Source: Tubiluchus corallicola
Taxonomy: Eukaryota > Animalia > Priapulida
DNA length: 64,000 bases
Assembly: GCA_030141605.1 (NCBI GenBank)
Contig: JAQGDQ010000790.1
Coordinates: forward strand, 31,406-95,405
Reading direction: 5' to 3'
The position numbers and the translations under genes are program-made. The notes beneath the pieces are model-generated. The model did not search any database. It was not told the DNA's origin and saw nothing but the letters and a program-made list of their open reading frames with translations. Of the stretch, positions 25,512 through 39,128 are shown piece by piece. Each line of letters begins with the position of its first letter. Positions within the stretch are counted from its first letter, which is position 1.

Positions 25512-28500
25512 GTGTGTAAGATTTTTAAAACAGGATAACCCAGATTCTCGTTTACAACAGGGTCCTGTGTTAAGAAGCAGCGCAGAATTATAATCATAGC
25601 TTTATATACTTGTAAAACTAATTGTATGGATGAGGATGCAAAACTGTCCAGCTTAAATACCATAGATTGACGACTTTACATACAGTTTAACGTATAGGCG
25701 TACAGGGCCGATTAGCGCCTAACCCCCAAAAAGTCCGGAGTACCTCACCCCACCCCTTGATGAAACAAAGCCAAGATTTCGGACATTTCATTTGGCGGCA
25801 TGTAGAAATTTCGAGATTTCCTTTTATGAAAAATATTATTTTACTTTTGTCCATCATTTCCCGGGTGTCCTAAAAATTTGGTGATTGCCCAAAAATGTGT
25901 TTGCCCAAATCCAGGGAGGCTGCAGACTCCCCGGTTCGTACACCTATGTAGCTTAAATCCTTAAATTGTGTTATTTAACGTACTATTGACACACCTCATT
26001 AAATTAAGTATAGTTCAAGGTTTAAAAGAAAAATTCGTCTTGAAAGTGACTTGATTTTTAAACGCTTTGACATTTGCACAATGACGTACGAATAGTTCCC
26101 CCAGAGGGAATTCACCCTGTAACATCGATAAGCTCTCGACAATGTCACTGTCGAAAGAGGAAGTGAGAGAGTAACTACAGGAAGACTAGAATGGGTCTCA
26201 GGGGTCCCTATTTCGGTGGTCGGACGTTTAGCATCGGAGGTTAGACACTGGTTCGAATCTGCTGAGCAACTCTACGTGTTTTTCACTATTTACGTCTTAC
26301 AGCTTCACTTTTATTGTTTAAATTAAAAAAGTTAAGCGGCCACAGCAAAATGTTGCCGTTTTAATCAAATTACTACCCTGCTCAGTGTATGCTATGCTTT
26401 AAACCAGTCAGCAATACCGCTTAACGCTAGCACACCACAAATAGTTTAAGTTTAATGTAATTGCCCTTAGAAGGCCAAAAAAGGAAAAAAGAAAAATGCC
26501 TTAACAAAAAAAGAATTTATGGTATCTTCACGAGCGGGAGAAATAGCCTAGCGGTCACAGTGTACACTTAGTGAGCAGTTAAGCAACTTCCAGCTTGGTT
26601 AATAAATAGATGTGCCACTGTCACTTTACCTATATAAGGGAGGGAATTTAAGTAAAATGCCACAGGTAAAAAGTGACAGGAAAAAAGAAATAACCCTAAC
26701 TCTGACCTTGACCTTAACCCCTAACCCTGACCCTAAGATATTGAATACATGTAAACGCGATTGCATGACGTGTAGTGGGCATCTCATCTTGACAGATTAT
26801 GCTTGATATGTGAATAAGTCCTGGTCCTGTCACACCTTTTGCATTAAACACGTCTTGTTGTTGACTGCTTTTGTTTAAGTTTTTGCTATATTTCGATTTT
26901 ATTTTGTCTTATTTACAGTTGACTTAGTTTTTCGATGGTATCGATAATTTATCATATTTTTCCTCGACAACTTTTGTCATTGATGTTATTACTACAACAT
27001 TTCAGTTTTACTTTTTCTTATTTGCTTCTGTTTCTTTGTTTTTGTATGATTTATATTTACCTTATTTTTCTTTGGTGTAATTTATTGGTTTTAATTTCTG
27101 ATAAAGATTTCATGAAACATCTAAACTGCAAGAAATGCTTGGTGTCGGGGGATCCGTCCCGGGGCCCCCTGGGAAAGCTTACAGACCCTTTAGTTAGGTC
27201 TTGACTGCCGACTTGACTTGACTCCCTGGCTGGATGTCAACGCTGTATAGAAGACTGCGAGTGCATACTTTGGTACTGTATGCTCAAAAGTTTCGAAAAC
27301 CAGAATAATTTACAAAACAGTCAACCTGGTAAACACCACCACAGTATAGAAGAGAAACTATTTCCACTTTGTTTTTGCTGCGTGCCAACTTATTTAATGC
27401 CTGGGCAATGAATTTTCAAATTTTCAGAAACCATCTGATGGATAATTCTCTGGTCTCCAGTAACGTTTCAAATTTTTTAAGCTCGCATGAATTGCGGCGA
27501 ATTTTGTGTTTAAAATACCTTTAAACAGCTGTATATTTTTATTGCTTTACAACTTGCTACTCGGCCGTCTTAAAATTGCTCATTGTACACAGGCACAGGA
27601 ATTAGCGAACGCAGGCTGTGGGAATAATGGTTTTTTGTGAATCAATTTTCCTGGTATCTGTTTGATCTCTCATAAAGTAAGGTCAACGAATACTCTCTTA
27701 CATACATATCAAGTGTTTAAGAGCAACTTTGCTGTGGAATTCATTATCAGACCAATTAAATTCAAGTAACTACTGCAGATACTGCGATGTTGTAACTATC
27801 TCAGATACTGTATTTTGATAATTTTTGCGGAGTTAATAAATACATTGAATTGAAATTGAATTAAGAAATACGATGTCATTCTGAATTAGGAGAAGACGAA
27901 ACTGTTAACCACTTTTCTACAAAATGAGATCGACACCTTTTGCTGATATTTATATCGATGTTTCTGTAATCAAACCCGTATCTTCGGACAAATATCTAGG
28001 ACGATTATCGGACTGTCATCAAAAATTCGTTCTCTGATAATGACGATATTTCAAGGCAGAAATGTCTTCTTGTTACGTACCATTTCTTTGCTTTGACGTT
28101 CACTTTAGATTCTATGAAATTGGCTGACCGACACAAATTCTACATGGGTAAAAACGTACGAAACAGATTTGGTGCTACCAAAGATTATTAGTGAAAAAGT
28201 CAGATACCAAGAGAAACCGACAGAGAGAAAATTTGGTACAAGGAAAGTTTGGTACAATGGAAACATCTTTTATATAACGTCCTCGAAAACCTTAAACTTA
28301 TACCCACAATGACACGAGACGAAATGTGCCATTTAGTTTCACCCCCTACCAGAGTTACCCCTATATCGTGATGGTTCGACCATTACGAAGCCATTACACA
28401 TTGCATACGAGTTACAGAGTTACCGATAGGAACTATTACGTCGATTCAGCAAGCAGGTATGTGTACCATCTAAGCACCTGTTCCAGCTAGCATGGTAGAT

Positions 28501-29529
28501 GCAAAGATACGCACACTTTCTACATGCCGGCATAACCCAGCATTGAGCCAGGACCTCTTTGCGAAGTCTGTATTCGAACCGAGCAATATTGCTTAATTTG
28601 TTTTTATTGGTTTTTGTTTGTTTATCTTTTATTTAACATTGTGTTGCATTAGTTCTTATTTCGCCTCCACTTGCGTCGGTTGAAAATTAACTGTGTTAGT
28701 CAATATCGCAGAAACTCAGGTACCACATAACTATGCTTATTCAATCGATACCGGCACATTACCAAATTCATTATATTCATCCAACTGTATAGTAATAAAA
28801 ATTAGCTTGATTGTTGTAATTAAGCACAAATACGTGAAAACACGCCCAGCTTTTCTCAGGGCTGCTTCTCTGATGAATTTGCATAGTCACAACATTCTCG
28901 TTCAATCCTTAAAGGCGACAGGTAGGGAGCCAGCAAGTTAAATGTTTGTTTTTTATTGTATCAAATCACATATAGCAAGCAGGGTCGGTGCTATGAATTG
29001 TGACGCCCAATAGCAAAATTGTTAGTGGGGCCCACTACCCTACAAAAGCTGAAGATTAATGGTTTATGCTTCGTGTAGTATGCCAGTCACAGTCAAAACG
29101 TACTGAGGCTTGAGGCTCCATCATTAGCCACAATGATATATTAAAAATTGAAAGCCCATATGAATTTTTTCATGTTTTATTACAAGTCAAAATAATTATT
29201 TACATTTTATTTGTGCATAGATCTTCTAAAACAGACTTAATGGCATTTTTATTCGTGAAATATTTCAAACTCATTTCAAAGTCAATGATTTTTGCAATGT
29301 CATTTTCTATAAATAGCATCACCAAATATCTCTCCTTTGAAATTGTTGACCGGTAGGTTTGTTTAAAACTGCGCCGAGGGTTTGAATATCGTCTAGAAAT
29401 TAGTAAAATCCACTAACGATCCAGCTTATACATATAGGGTTCATACAAATGGCGAAGAAAAAAAAGTTAACTTACACAACAAATAAACAAGCGATTAGCA
29501 AAAAACATTGAAACAGATATGTACAAGGA

Positions 29530-30740
29530 CAGACTACGTAGTTTCACTGCCTTCACAGTATCAAGAAACTTCGTGCACACTGGACACTCATTAATTCATC
29601 ATAGCGTCCTCCACTCGAGCGTGTGTGTGGGGGCAGACTGACTAGTTTCACTGCCTTCACAGTATCAAGAAACTTCAGGCTTACTGGACACTCATTAATT
29701 CATCATAGCGTCCTCCACTCGAGCGTGTGTGTGGGGGCAGACTGACTAGTTTCACTGCCTTCACAGTATCAAGAAACTTCGTGCACACTGGACACTCATT
29801 AATTCATCATAGCGTCCTCCACTCGAGCGTGTGTGTGGGGGCAGACTGACTAGTTTCACTGCCTTCACAGTATCAAGAAACTTCGTGCACACTGGACACT
29901 CATTAATTCATCATAGCGTCCTCCGCTCGAGTGTGTGTGTGTGTGGGGGGGGGGGGGCAGACTGAATAGTTTCACTGCCTTTACAGTATCAAGAAACTTC
30001 GTGCACACTGGACACTCATTAATTCATCGTAGTGTCCTCCACTCGAGCGGGTGTGTGTGTGTGGGGGGGGGGCAGACTGAATAGTTTCACTGCCTTCACA
30101 GTATCAAGAAACTTCGTGCACACTGGACACTCATTAATTCATCATAGGGTCCTCCGCTCGAGCGTGTGTGTGTGTGTGTGTGTGCATTATGGGGGGGGGG
30201 GGGGCAGACTGAATAGTTTCACTGCCTTCACAGTATCAAGAAACTTCGTGCACACTGGACACTCATTAATTCATCATAGCGTCCTCCACTCGAGCATGTG
30301 TGTGGGGGCAGACTGACTAGTTTCACTGCCTTCACAGTATCAAGAAACTTCAGGCTTACTGGACACTCATTAATTCATCATAGCGTCCTCCACTCGAGCG
30401 TGTGTGTGGGGGCAGACTGACTAGTTTCACTGCCTTCACAGTATCAAGAAACTTCGTGCACACTGGACACTCATTAATTCATCATAGCGTCCTCCACTCG
30501 AGCGTGTGTGTGGGGGCAGACTGACTAGTTTCACTGCCTTCACAGTATCAAGAAACTTCGTGCACACTGGACACTCATTAATTCATCATAGCGTCCTCCG
30601 CTCGAGTGTGTGTGTGTGTGGGGGGGGGGGGGCAGACTGAATAGTTTCACTGCCTTCACAGTATCAAGAAACTTCGTGCACACTGGACACTCATTAATTC
30701 ATTAATTCATCATAGTGCCCTCCACTCGAGCGGGTGTGGG
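29530..30740. repeat. About 104-bp minisatellite, 11 copies, with a variable (GT)n(G)n linker
   Basis: gtttcactgcc starts at 29541, 29645, 29749, 29853 and onward to 30644. Confidence 0.97.
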
Positions 30741-30751
30741 ACCCCTCTTAC

Positions 30752-30797
30752 CGCGGTGTCCAATCTGGAAAAATCTGTCAAATTGGCTTGACACCAG
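30752..30797 (-). CDS. Putative 46-nt calpain N-terminal micro-exon LVSSQFDRFFQIGHR(G)
   Basis: atatcacag|CTG GTG...CAC CGC G|gtaag; resembles FKRVFKIGSRG of the proximal exon; phase 0 to 1. Confidence 0.5.
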
Positions 30798-31620
30798 CTG
30801 TGATATCAGGTCAAAATATTACCATAGTTTTTCACAATTTTCACATTGAGTTCATAACATCACACAAAAAAAACAATGTGAAACTCAGCCACATACACAG
30901 AGGTCTACAAGGACATGACTGTCATTACAGCACGCTAGACAATCATAAATCAAGAGTTAATTCGCTTGAGTATGAACAACTGGGATCATCAATTGTCTTA
31001 ATGTCCGCCCCAAAGGCAGGTGGAACAATGACATTCGAAAAGATTGGCCATTAACAAACACAAACAAGTAGGGAACATTGTCAGTACCATAAATTTTTAT
31101 AAACAGTCCAAGTTCATGAAATACAAGTATAACATGCTCAATATACATTGTACAATGGTAAAACAACTATGGTTATGAATGACATTTTGTAACAGAGAAT
31201 TCATTTAGGTGGCCATCCAAATTTCTAAATTTAATATTATTGCGGAATTGAAATGCTTGTGACGCAAATTGGGTGCTGTCGCACTAGTACTCTTTTGCTG
31301 CTGTTTCTGACTATTTTTACTTTGGACACACCTAGATAAACAGCTGCTACATATAAGCACTGTTTTTTCACTCTGGCCGCTTCTCTATGGAACTTAAGAA
31401 ATGAAGGTCATTTATTTATGATAAAGGTAACTAACTTTGTTATACAGCATGTCACTAGTCATAAAAGTTATCAAAAGTACATATAATTGAGTGATGTAAT
31501 AATTGTGTTAAGCTACTTTTTTAGTTGTCATTCTTAGCACACCCCCCCCCCAGAATTCTAAAATCAGTGTAGATCTTGAACAAGCAAATCATGACAATAA
31601 TCTCAGTGAGAAACCATTAC

Positions 31621-31674
31621 GATCGTCCTGGTCTTGGTGGTCGTCAGTTTTGCACACGTGGCAATACCAGACAT
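31621..31674 (-). CDS. Putative alternative first exon MSGIATCAKLTTTKTRTI
   Basis: ATG at 31674, open to ATC|gtaatg (phase 0); resembles the calpain-2 N-terminus MAGIAAKL. Confidence 0.35.
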
Positions 31675-32868
31675 GAAAATAAGTGTCTTTTATTCAACTT
31701 AAACGTTCTTTTAATTCAATCATTTTTATCGTTTCTTACGTGGTTTTTATCGTATCTTTTCCATTCGTACAAAAGGGATACAATCTCAGTATTTAAGCCT
31801 AACAGTTGCTATTTAAAAACCGAGCCACTAATGTGATGTCACGTTTATGTCATGATGAAGTCAAGACCCAAAATCACGAACATTAGAATCGGAAACACAC
31901 CAGCTTTGAAAACATTACCCTTCTTGGTAGTAAGATAACATAACACACATGAACCACGTTATGCATAGCATGTGCTATCCTATATTAACACTTTAACATC
32001 TGATAAAAGTATGCAAATTATCAGAAATTAGAACACTAAGCTAAATAAAACAAACGTTCGTTCCTTTCATTACACGTATACTTCATAGCAGGGGCGTAGC
32101 CAGGTTCTAAAGTTAGGCGGAGCAAAAACGTAAAACGGTGTTCTGACAAATTCCAAACAATTTTTAAGTCATTGATTTCACATTTTAATTTAGTGTCTAA
32201 AATCCAATAAAGTTTGCAAAGACCCCCCCCCCCCCCGAAATTTCTTCCAAGGCCATACGATAAAAAATAAAGTATTTTCAACTTTTATCACACAACTGAT
32301 CTAAAGAGCTAAAAAAGTTGAAAAGGTACAGATTCTGAAAAATTGCACCCTTCGCTCCCGCATTACGCCACTGCTTCTAACGAGTTAAGGAACCACCAGC
32401 GGCACTAATAGAAATAATTATCAGAATGTTATTACATGTATTTTACTTCGCCACTATTAGAATGGAACAAAAATTGCAACCTTTTTCATTTACGATAGCA
32501 TGTAGTAAACTGATAAGCTGCAAAAGATACGCTGCATAATTGCCAATGAGATTAGAAACTGCTGATTATGACTCATTCAATTTTCAACACAAGACGATCT
32601 TCAAAGGTGCAACAACAAATCACGTAAACAAAAATTTTAGCGTGTAACATCTAGGTCCATAGCCAAATCAACATTCAGTAATAAACTCAAAATAATTAAT
32701 GTATAAATTCATAATAGATTTATAATAATAAATATAAGATTATAATTATACAAATTGCCTATAGATAAGTTATACTAACTATTGGTGTTGGCGCCGATGC
32801 TAGGCAAGTAGGCCTGCAACAAATTAATATTGATTACTGCATTTCAGGAATAAAGTGATAATATGTAC

Positions 32869-33060
32869 CTTGACTGTGGGTTTGTTTGAACCGCTGCTGG
32901 TGTAACTAAAAGTCTGTTGTCCACCTGCTCCTCCTAACCCACTTTGCCTCAAAAGATCTTCCATCATTCTTCTGGCATCCTCTGGCATATCATCAGGGAT
33001 GTTGAAATCAACTTGGCCACCAGGACCAGATGTCATTTGGTAGCTATAATTGTACGACAT
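32869..33060 (-). CDS. First coding exon with a Gly/Ser/Gln-rich N-terminus, probably the distal calpain start
   Basis: MSYNYSYQMTSGPGGQVDFNIPDDMPEDARRMMEDLLRQSGLGGAGG...PTVK|gtacat; coding-like composition in an AT-rich background; phase 0; next to a CpG-rich patch. Confidence 0.6.
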
Positions 33061-33139
33061 AACGCCTTTTGAACAAAAGCACTTTTGCTAAATTTCAAGT
33101 GAGTTCCAAAAGTTTTATGACTCCTTTGGGAGTCTGAAA

Positions 33140-33245
33140 ACGAAGCTGCTCGCCAGCAATCAGCTGCTCAGCTGGGCCAGCGCAACTAGCGCCACCCGCG
33201 GCGGTTTTCGGAGCTAAAGAACGATACGATTTCTTCGACGTTCAT
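33140..33245. promoter_or_regulatory. Probable bidirectional promoter (distal calpain exon / PRDM)
   Basis: Local GC/CpG-rich patch gccagcgcaactagcgccacccgcggcgg between divergent ATGs at 33060 (-) and 33614 (+). Confidence 0.5.
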
Positions 33246-33613
33246 GCTCTTATTTTCATTTTATTGTTGTATTAATTAAAATCACTGCTAGTTATTTTAT
33301 CATGAGCTGCATAACGTAAGCAATTCTAGAAACAAAATTGCTATTTACTATTGTAGGTATTTTGGTTATTACTGTGTATTCCAGATAAATTATTAAACTT
33401 ATTTATTTTTAGCCACAATTTCGATCCATGCAATACAGGTGGTTCAGTGAAAACAAACTTTATTGTGAAGGAAAAATCGTGCGTTGCTGATAATAATAAT
33501 CATTTCAAAGCGGACTACTTATTACGTAATTTGAGTTTTCCTAATTATCAATTATTTCTTTGCAGGTGTGTTTTTGCTGTTTTGTTGTAAAGAATGAAGG
33601 CTGAACTGATGAA

Positions 33614-33644
33614 ATGGGTCGATACAAAAAGAAATCTGAGCAAT
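33614..33644 (+). CDS. PRDM-family gene, putative first coding segment MGRYKKKSEQ(C)
   Basis: gaaATGG context; T|gtaaag phase-1 donor fits the next exon; upstream acceptor ttgcag at 33565. Confidence 0.45.
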
Positions 33645-33916
33645 GTAAAGCATGCAACGTTCCCCTTTAATTTGTCATAACATTTAGAATTACATTATAG
33701 ACATGATAATAATGACATATCCTTAGATTTTCTATATAATAAGCAAATATGTTACGTGTAACCATTTTTTCCTATTTTGAATTAATAGCCAGAGTCAAAA
33801 ATACAGAATTATATTATCTGAAATTGTTAGTCAGTCTGTATTAATGGATCAATTGGCTAAACTAACAGGAAGCAAAATTGTATCTAACTCTTCTTTATCT
33901 TTTTGTTATTTGCTAG

Positions 33917-33996
33917 GTTGTAGCATATGCGAGAGTGATCATGATTCATTTGAGTGTCGTGCATATGGGGCTGCTACATTCATACCAAATGTTAAG
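33917..33996 (+). CDS. PRDM exon: PR zinc knuckle
   Basis: tgctag|GT TGT AGC..GTT AAG|gtatgt = CSICESDHDSFECRAYGAATFIPNVK. Confidence 0.85.
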
Positions 33997-35418
33997 GTAT
34001 GTAATTCTGTGTTTCTCTTCCTTTTTACCAAACGCTTTGCTCAGGCTAAACTGTGAAATGCCTTTGTAACAATAATTTCTGCCTTTAAGCGAAATTTGCC
34101 TCCGTTTCGGTTTACATGTACGATTCGGCAGAGATTGTAGTGATTGTATAGTATTGCATTTACAAAAGTATGCTGTGAGTCTGTTAGGTGACAGCAAACT
34201 GTAGGACCAATTATGCTTTCACGGGAGTACAAAACAAGCTATTTTACTTTACCCTCATTTCTTTCAGCTGTCTACGAAACGTAACAAAATATGGTTTGCA
34301 AAAAATGTTTTTTTATTTTGAAAAATATGGTGTAGAATACTGCAACCAACCGAGCAAAATATTGGGCAAATGCGGGACTTTCAATTATTTGGTTAAGTTT
34401 TGAGATATTGCTAAAAATGAGGTACATCGTACTGAGATTCAATTGTAACTCGCTAATGATCAGTGGCATCTCTTAACAACAGGGCCAGACCATGAGTTGT
34501 TGGGGCCCTCAGCTAAAGAAATTTTGGGGTCCCCTCAGACAGAGTCTCACTCTAAATTGCTCGCATTCATCTCGAACATTCCTCTTGTGATACCTTTCAG
34601 CAACGTTTGCATAGCTGTGGGCCACATATTTTAATTTGTAGGCCCTATTTCTTGGCTGAAATAGATGGCCTTTATTATTATTAAGAATCTTTATTGAAAA
34701 TGATACAATAAGCTCTCTACTTGTAGGGCACATAAGTACAAAAATGTTAAATAAATCTTTACATTATGCACATTATGTAAATTTTTTAATGTATACTAAT
34801 TATATATTAATTATATTTAATGTGTACTCTGGGTAATAAATAGGTGTAGCTAATTACAGTTATGGAGTTTAGAGTCTAGTAATAATTTACGTGCTTTCCT
34901 TGTTGAAATAATTATTTTTTTCAAATGAGTTTAAAAATGAGTATAAGTTTTGCAAAAAACGGGTTTATATTATATAAATATTATATTATTATATATTATA
35001 TTATGTTATTATTATTATTATTATATTATTATATAATATGCGTGAACATTTTGCATAGAGGGTCTTAAACAAGGGCCTTTTGTTTCAAACAAAAGGCTTC
35101 AAACAGGGTTCCTCTATCTCAAATGAGGAACCACTTTAGACTTCCTGCCCCCTTTTTTTCAAGTCAGCAATGCAAAGTATGCCCCCCCCCCAAGCTTGAA
35201 GGGCTCTAGGCTGCACCTTATACTGAACTATAAGGTAATCCAGCTCTACCAAGAGCAAAAATTCTTAGAGCATCTGTCATTAATATAGGAATTACGTGTT
35301 TTTCCATTTTTTGATTGCAGGATAGCTTTTTGTATAAGTTAATTTTACAGCTCTACCTGTCTTATTATTTGCTGCACTTAATGTAGTATCTATTTACATT
35401 TTGATATTTTATGTTCAG

Positions 35419-35583
35419 GTTGAATCAAGAGCCAGGTTAACTCTTCCACCAATTTTGTCTGTATGTACTGATGGCAAAGGAATTATCACATCGAAGCCCT
35501 TAGCAGCGGGGACCTGGTTTGGACCACTGGAAGCACCCAGAGTTTTGGAAAATGGAATAATTGAACCTTGGTTCCTATTGAAA
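35419..35583 (+). CDS. PRDM exon: N-terminal part of the PR/SET domain
   Basis: ttcag|VESRARLTLP...GTWFGPLEA...WFLLK|gtaag; 165 nt. Confidence 0.92.
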
Positions 35584-35811
35584 GTAAGAAAATTATTTTG
35601 CAGTTAGATGAAATGACCGTGTCCACATTATTGCATTTGCCCATTGAAAACTACTACTACTACTTTGTTTTCTACTCTGAAAGTAAGATACAATTTTAAC
35701 TTTTAATTATTAGTATAATTAACTAATTATTAGTTGTATGCTACTGAAAAATATCTCATACGTTACAAAATTGGAGGCTCTTAAATGCTGCCAAACTTTT
35801 ACTACTACATC

Positions 35812-36456
35812 TAGGGGATGATACATACCACCAATGATTATTGTGTCGATAATTATTGATTATTGTATAATCGCTAAATGACAAAATTTGTTTTAACCAT
35901 TATTGTAGGAATATCATAAAATTTGGTGTGTGTAATTGCTAATCGTTCTCCTTTGCAAAGTGACATTTTTTTGCTTTTTCCGTTGTTCAATGAAAATAGA
36001 CAAAAAAGTAAAAAAGAAGTTATTTATAATCTGAATAATTTTCTTGTACTTTCTTTCTGCAGTATCTGTTGTCTTCAGATGATTTAAGGAGACCCTAATC
36101 CCAAATGCATCATTTTTAGATACATTTTCCTAGTTATGCACAAGCAGTGTAGCTCACATAGATAAATATGTTATGTAGTAATAGATCTGTGTATAATATA
36201 TTTGTCTGTTGCAGGTCATGTATTATTATTGTTTTATGACTAAATAAGATATCTGTGCATTAATTGGGAAATGGTTTGCAAAGATGCGGTGCGGTAAAAT
36301 GTTGATAGACCTTGCCCAAAAACTAACGAGGCATTTTGTATCGTTTCAACCTTCCAAATAATTTCTTGCATCGTATCGTTTGAAAAACAGATTATCGATA
36401 TCGTATCATTGGAAAAAAGCATCGTATTGTCAAATTTCTATCGTTTAACATCCCTA
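35812..36456. mobile_element. hAT-like MITE with a perfect 8-bp TSD
   Basis: actacatc|taggggatg ... catcccta|actacatc. Confidence 0.8.
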
Positions 36457-36529
36457 ACTACATCACCATTTACTTACAGTATTAGAAAAAAGTTATATAG
36501 TAATATTTTTATGAAGTTTTTCTTACGAT

Positions 36530-37340
36530 TTAAAGGAAAAAACAAGTCACTCAGCGTGTTGGGTTTATTTTATTGTTATCACTTAAACTGTTTGTGGTGT
36601 GCTGAAGGAAAGAACAAGTCACTCAGTATGTTGGGTTTATTTTGTTGTTATCACTTAAACTGTTTGTGGTGTGCTAAAGGAAAGAACAAGTCACTCAGTG
36701 TGTTGGGTTTATTTTATTGTTATCACTTAAACTGTTTGTGGTGTGCTAAAGGAAAGGACAAGTCACTCAGTATGTTGGGTTTATTTTGTTGTTATCACTT
36801 AAACTGTTTGTGGTGTGCTAAAGGAAAGAACAAGTCACTCAGTGTGTTGGGTTTATTTTACTGTTATCACTTAAACTGTTTGTGGTGTGCTAAAGGAAAG
36901 AACAAGTCACTCAGTATGTTGGATTTATTTTACTGTTATCACTTAAACTTAGAAAAATATAACAAAGAAATTTGTAAAAAACTGCCTATAAAGCATAAAT
37001 TTAAAATATACTACCTCTGAATAGAAATTTTCAGGTATGGTGGTTGCCGCCATTCACTTGAAAATTATGACGTAACTGGGAGACTTCGTGACATTTCGTA
37101 AGCGCTTGGTGCTTAAACTAATTCAAACTTCTGCAGCTTACCTAATGTTCACGCAAATATATTGCAAAACTAGCTATTTAGTTTTGTGAAAATTAATTAT
37201 ACTTTTGATGTAGATTGACAGTGCGCTACTTTTCTTCAAGATGAATGACGTCATTGGAAGCAGAATGGGCATTGAAAATGGGAGCGCCCAAGCATGAAGT
37301 GATCGCGACTTTAAAGTGATTTTACTAATTACACGAGGCG
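36530..37340 (+). mobile_element. Kolobok-like MITE, family C, with its left end amplified into a 72-bp array of about 6 copies (36530-36949); an unamplified copy lies at 40426-40925
   Basis: The two copies are colinear over about 450 bp (actgcctataaagcataaatttaaaatatactacc...gatcgcgactttaaagtgat). Confidence 0.8.
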
Positions 37341-37499
37341 CTTATTGGCGTTTTATTGCTAAATCCTTCTAAAATTTTTGGCAAACGTTGAAATGAGCCT
37401 AACCTCCTAGAAGATTTGATCTTTCCTTTAAGTTGTTATGTTTAAAAACAATTTTCAAAATGCAATTTCGGAAGTCCGTTGAGCTACCATTTACCCTAC

Positions 37500-38120
37500 A
37501 AGTAACCATATGTGTGCTTGCAAACCACAACCATCCATAAATTGGCATAGTCAAAACTACGTTATGACGCTTCAAAGTAGAAATTTTGTCAAAAGTCAAT
37601 TTTTTGTTTTTTATCAAAACAAACGCTAAATATATTGGACTTTATATTCTAGCATCAAATTATCAAGAAAGTGTTCAATCTAATTTTATCTAATCTCCTT
37701 ACCTCCTTTTCTAATCTTTATCTCCTTACCCATTTTGTCTGTCTAGAAACTAGTACTGCAATTGTGAAAAACTCTTATTTTCAAACTCCGATTTTTAAGC
37801 TCCGATAGCAACTCGTAGAAGCAGTCACTTCGCTCTTTTTTTTGTTGCCATCTTCGTTAGGAAGAACCATCTACTGGACTTAAACATAACTTCAATGTGT
37901 TCTTGCAAAGTCCGTAACAACTAATATTTGTACGGTTGCTAAGTGTTTTGTAGAAATGAGACAAAAAACAATGGCTGAGTTTAACAGAGATTTTCTCAAG
38001 GTTATGTTTTTCAGTGTGCAGCCTGCACCTGAACTTCAACATGGATTATCTCAGCTTAGAAATACCGTAGAGTGATGAGCTTGGTATCAAAATGATCCTC
38101 ATGAAATTGAGATTCGGAAT
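37500..38120. mobile_element. Interspersed repeat with an inverted homolog at about 60790-61370
   Basis: ggcatagtcaaaactacgttatgacgcttca versus tgaagcatcataacgtagttttaactatgcc; ctagaaactagtactgcaattg is shared in opposite orientation. Confidence 0.7.
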
Positions 38121-38258
38121 ATGTGAATAACTAGAACTAGGGCAATTTTGCTATGCAAGCACACATTTGTCAATATATTTCTTGCAATAATCTGCCCAGG
38201 TTTTGTTAATAGCGATCATTTCTTCCGCCATGTCAGCTAACTGAGCTCCTTGTTGCAG

Positions 38259-38387
38259 ATACTCACTGCTGACGGGAAAACTTCATTTTTGCTGAAAACT
38301 GACAATGAGGAGGAATGCAATTGGTTGTGCCTGGTGAGACCAGCAAAATCTGCCAACGATCGCAATGTCATCGCTTTTCAGATAAAA
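38259..38387 (+). CDS. PRDM exon: PR/SET core
   Basis: tgcag|ILTADG...DNEEECNWLCLVRPA...NVIAFQIK|gtatg; 129 nt. Confidence 0.93.
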
Positions 38388-38434
38388 GTATGCGTAAAAC
38401 AATTACCATTTTGTGTTTCTTATTTATTTGACAC

Positions 38435-39128
38435 CAGGGATGTTACCTAAACTGAAATTACAAACCGAGACCAAAGCAGAAATTTATGAAATGGAAGGAA
38501 AGCTATACCGAAACGAATCCGAACTGAAGTTATTTTTGCAAAAGCAACTATTATCAAAACTGAAGCAAAATCTGAAATAAATAAATAATGCACTTTGTTG
38601 TTGCTTGTTTGCTTTTATTTGCTATGATACAAGCTTGATAAAGTAGCTAAGTAAAAAATCTTAATCAAAAAAGTAGAACAATGTTTATGGTTAAAGATCA
38701 TGAAGCTTGGAAAAAATTGACTATTTTTATTTTGTAAGTATTTTGTTGCCTTTATGTTATAAATTATATAACTAAACCGAATTTTATTAAAATTATGCTT
38801 TGACATTTCGGTTGATTGTGTCTGGAGACCTTAAAGCTTCACAGTCGTCAGCGGTGAAGAAATGCTACATTACCCTTTAAACATGCTGCAAATGGTTCAA
38901 AAAGTTAAATAAACAAAATTTACGCTTTATTTGAACTATTTTAGCAAATATTTTTCAGCGATTTTTGACGTTTAGGAGAAAAATAGGTAAGCTACTGCTA
39001 AAGGTAAGCGGTAAGTACTACTAAAACCTTGGCAAAATGCTACTGGAAATTACGTTATTTAGGAAACTCAAAAGACAGTGGAATTATCAGCAAACTGAAA
39101 TGAAATTTTTGTTTTGGTAACATCGCTG
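38435..39128. mobile_element. hAT-like MITE; a related sequence is inverted at about 45480-45830
   Basis: tttgacac|cagggatgttacc ... ggtaacatcgctg|tttgacat (TIR with a 7/8 TSD match). Confidence 0.8.

Noticed and set aside
29541-30720. C/D snoRNA or hammerhead motif in the 104-bp unit (atgatga on the minus strand)
   Set aside because: No matching D box or terminal stem, and no CTGAnGA core.
36409-37020. 203-aa Cys/His-rich repeat ORF resembling a zinc-finger array
   Set aside because: It is a translation of the 72-bp MITE-end array, lacks C2H2 spacing and has no splice support.
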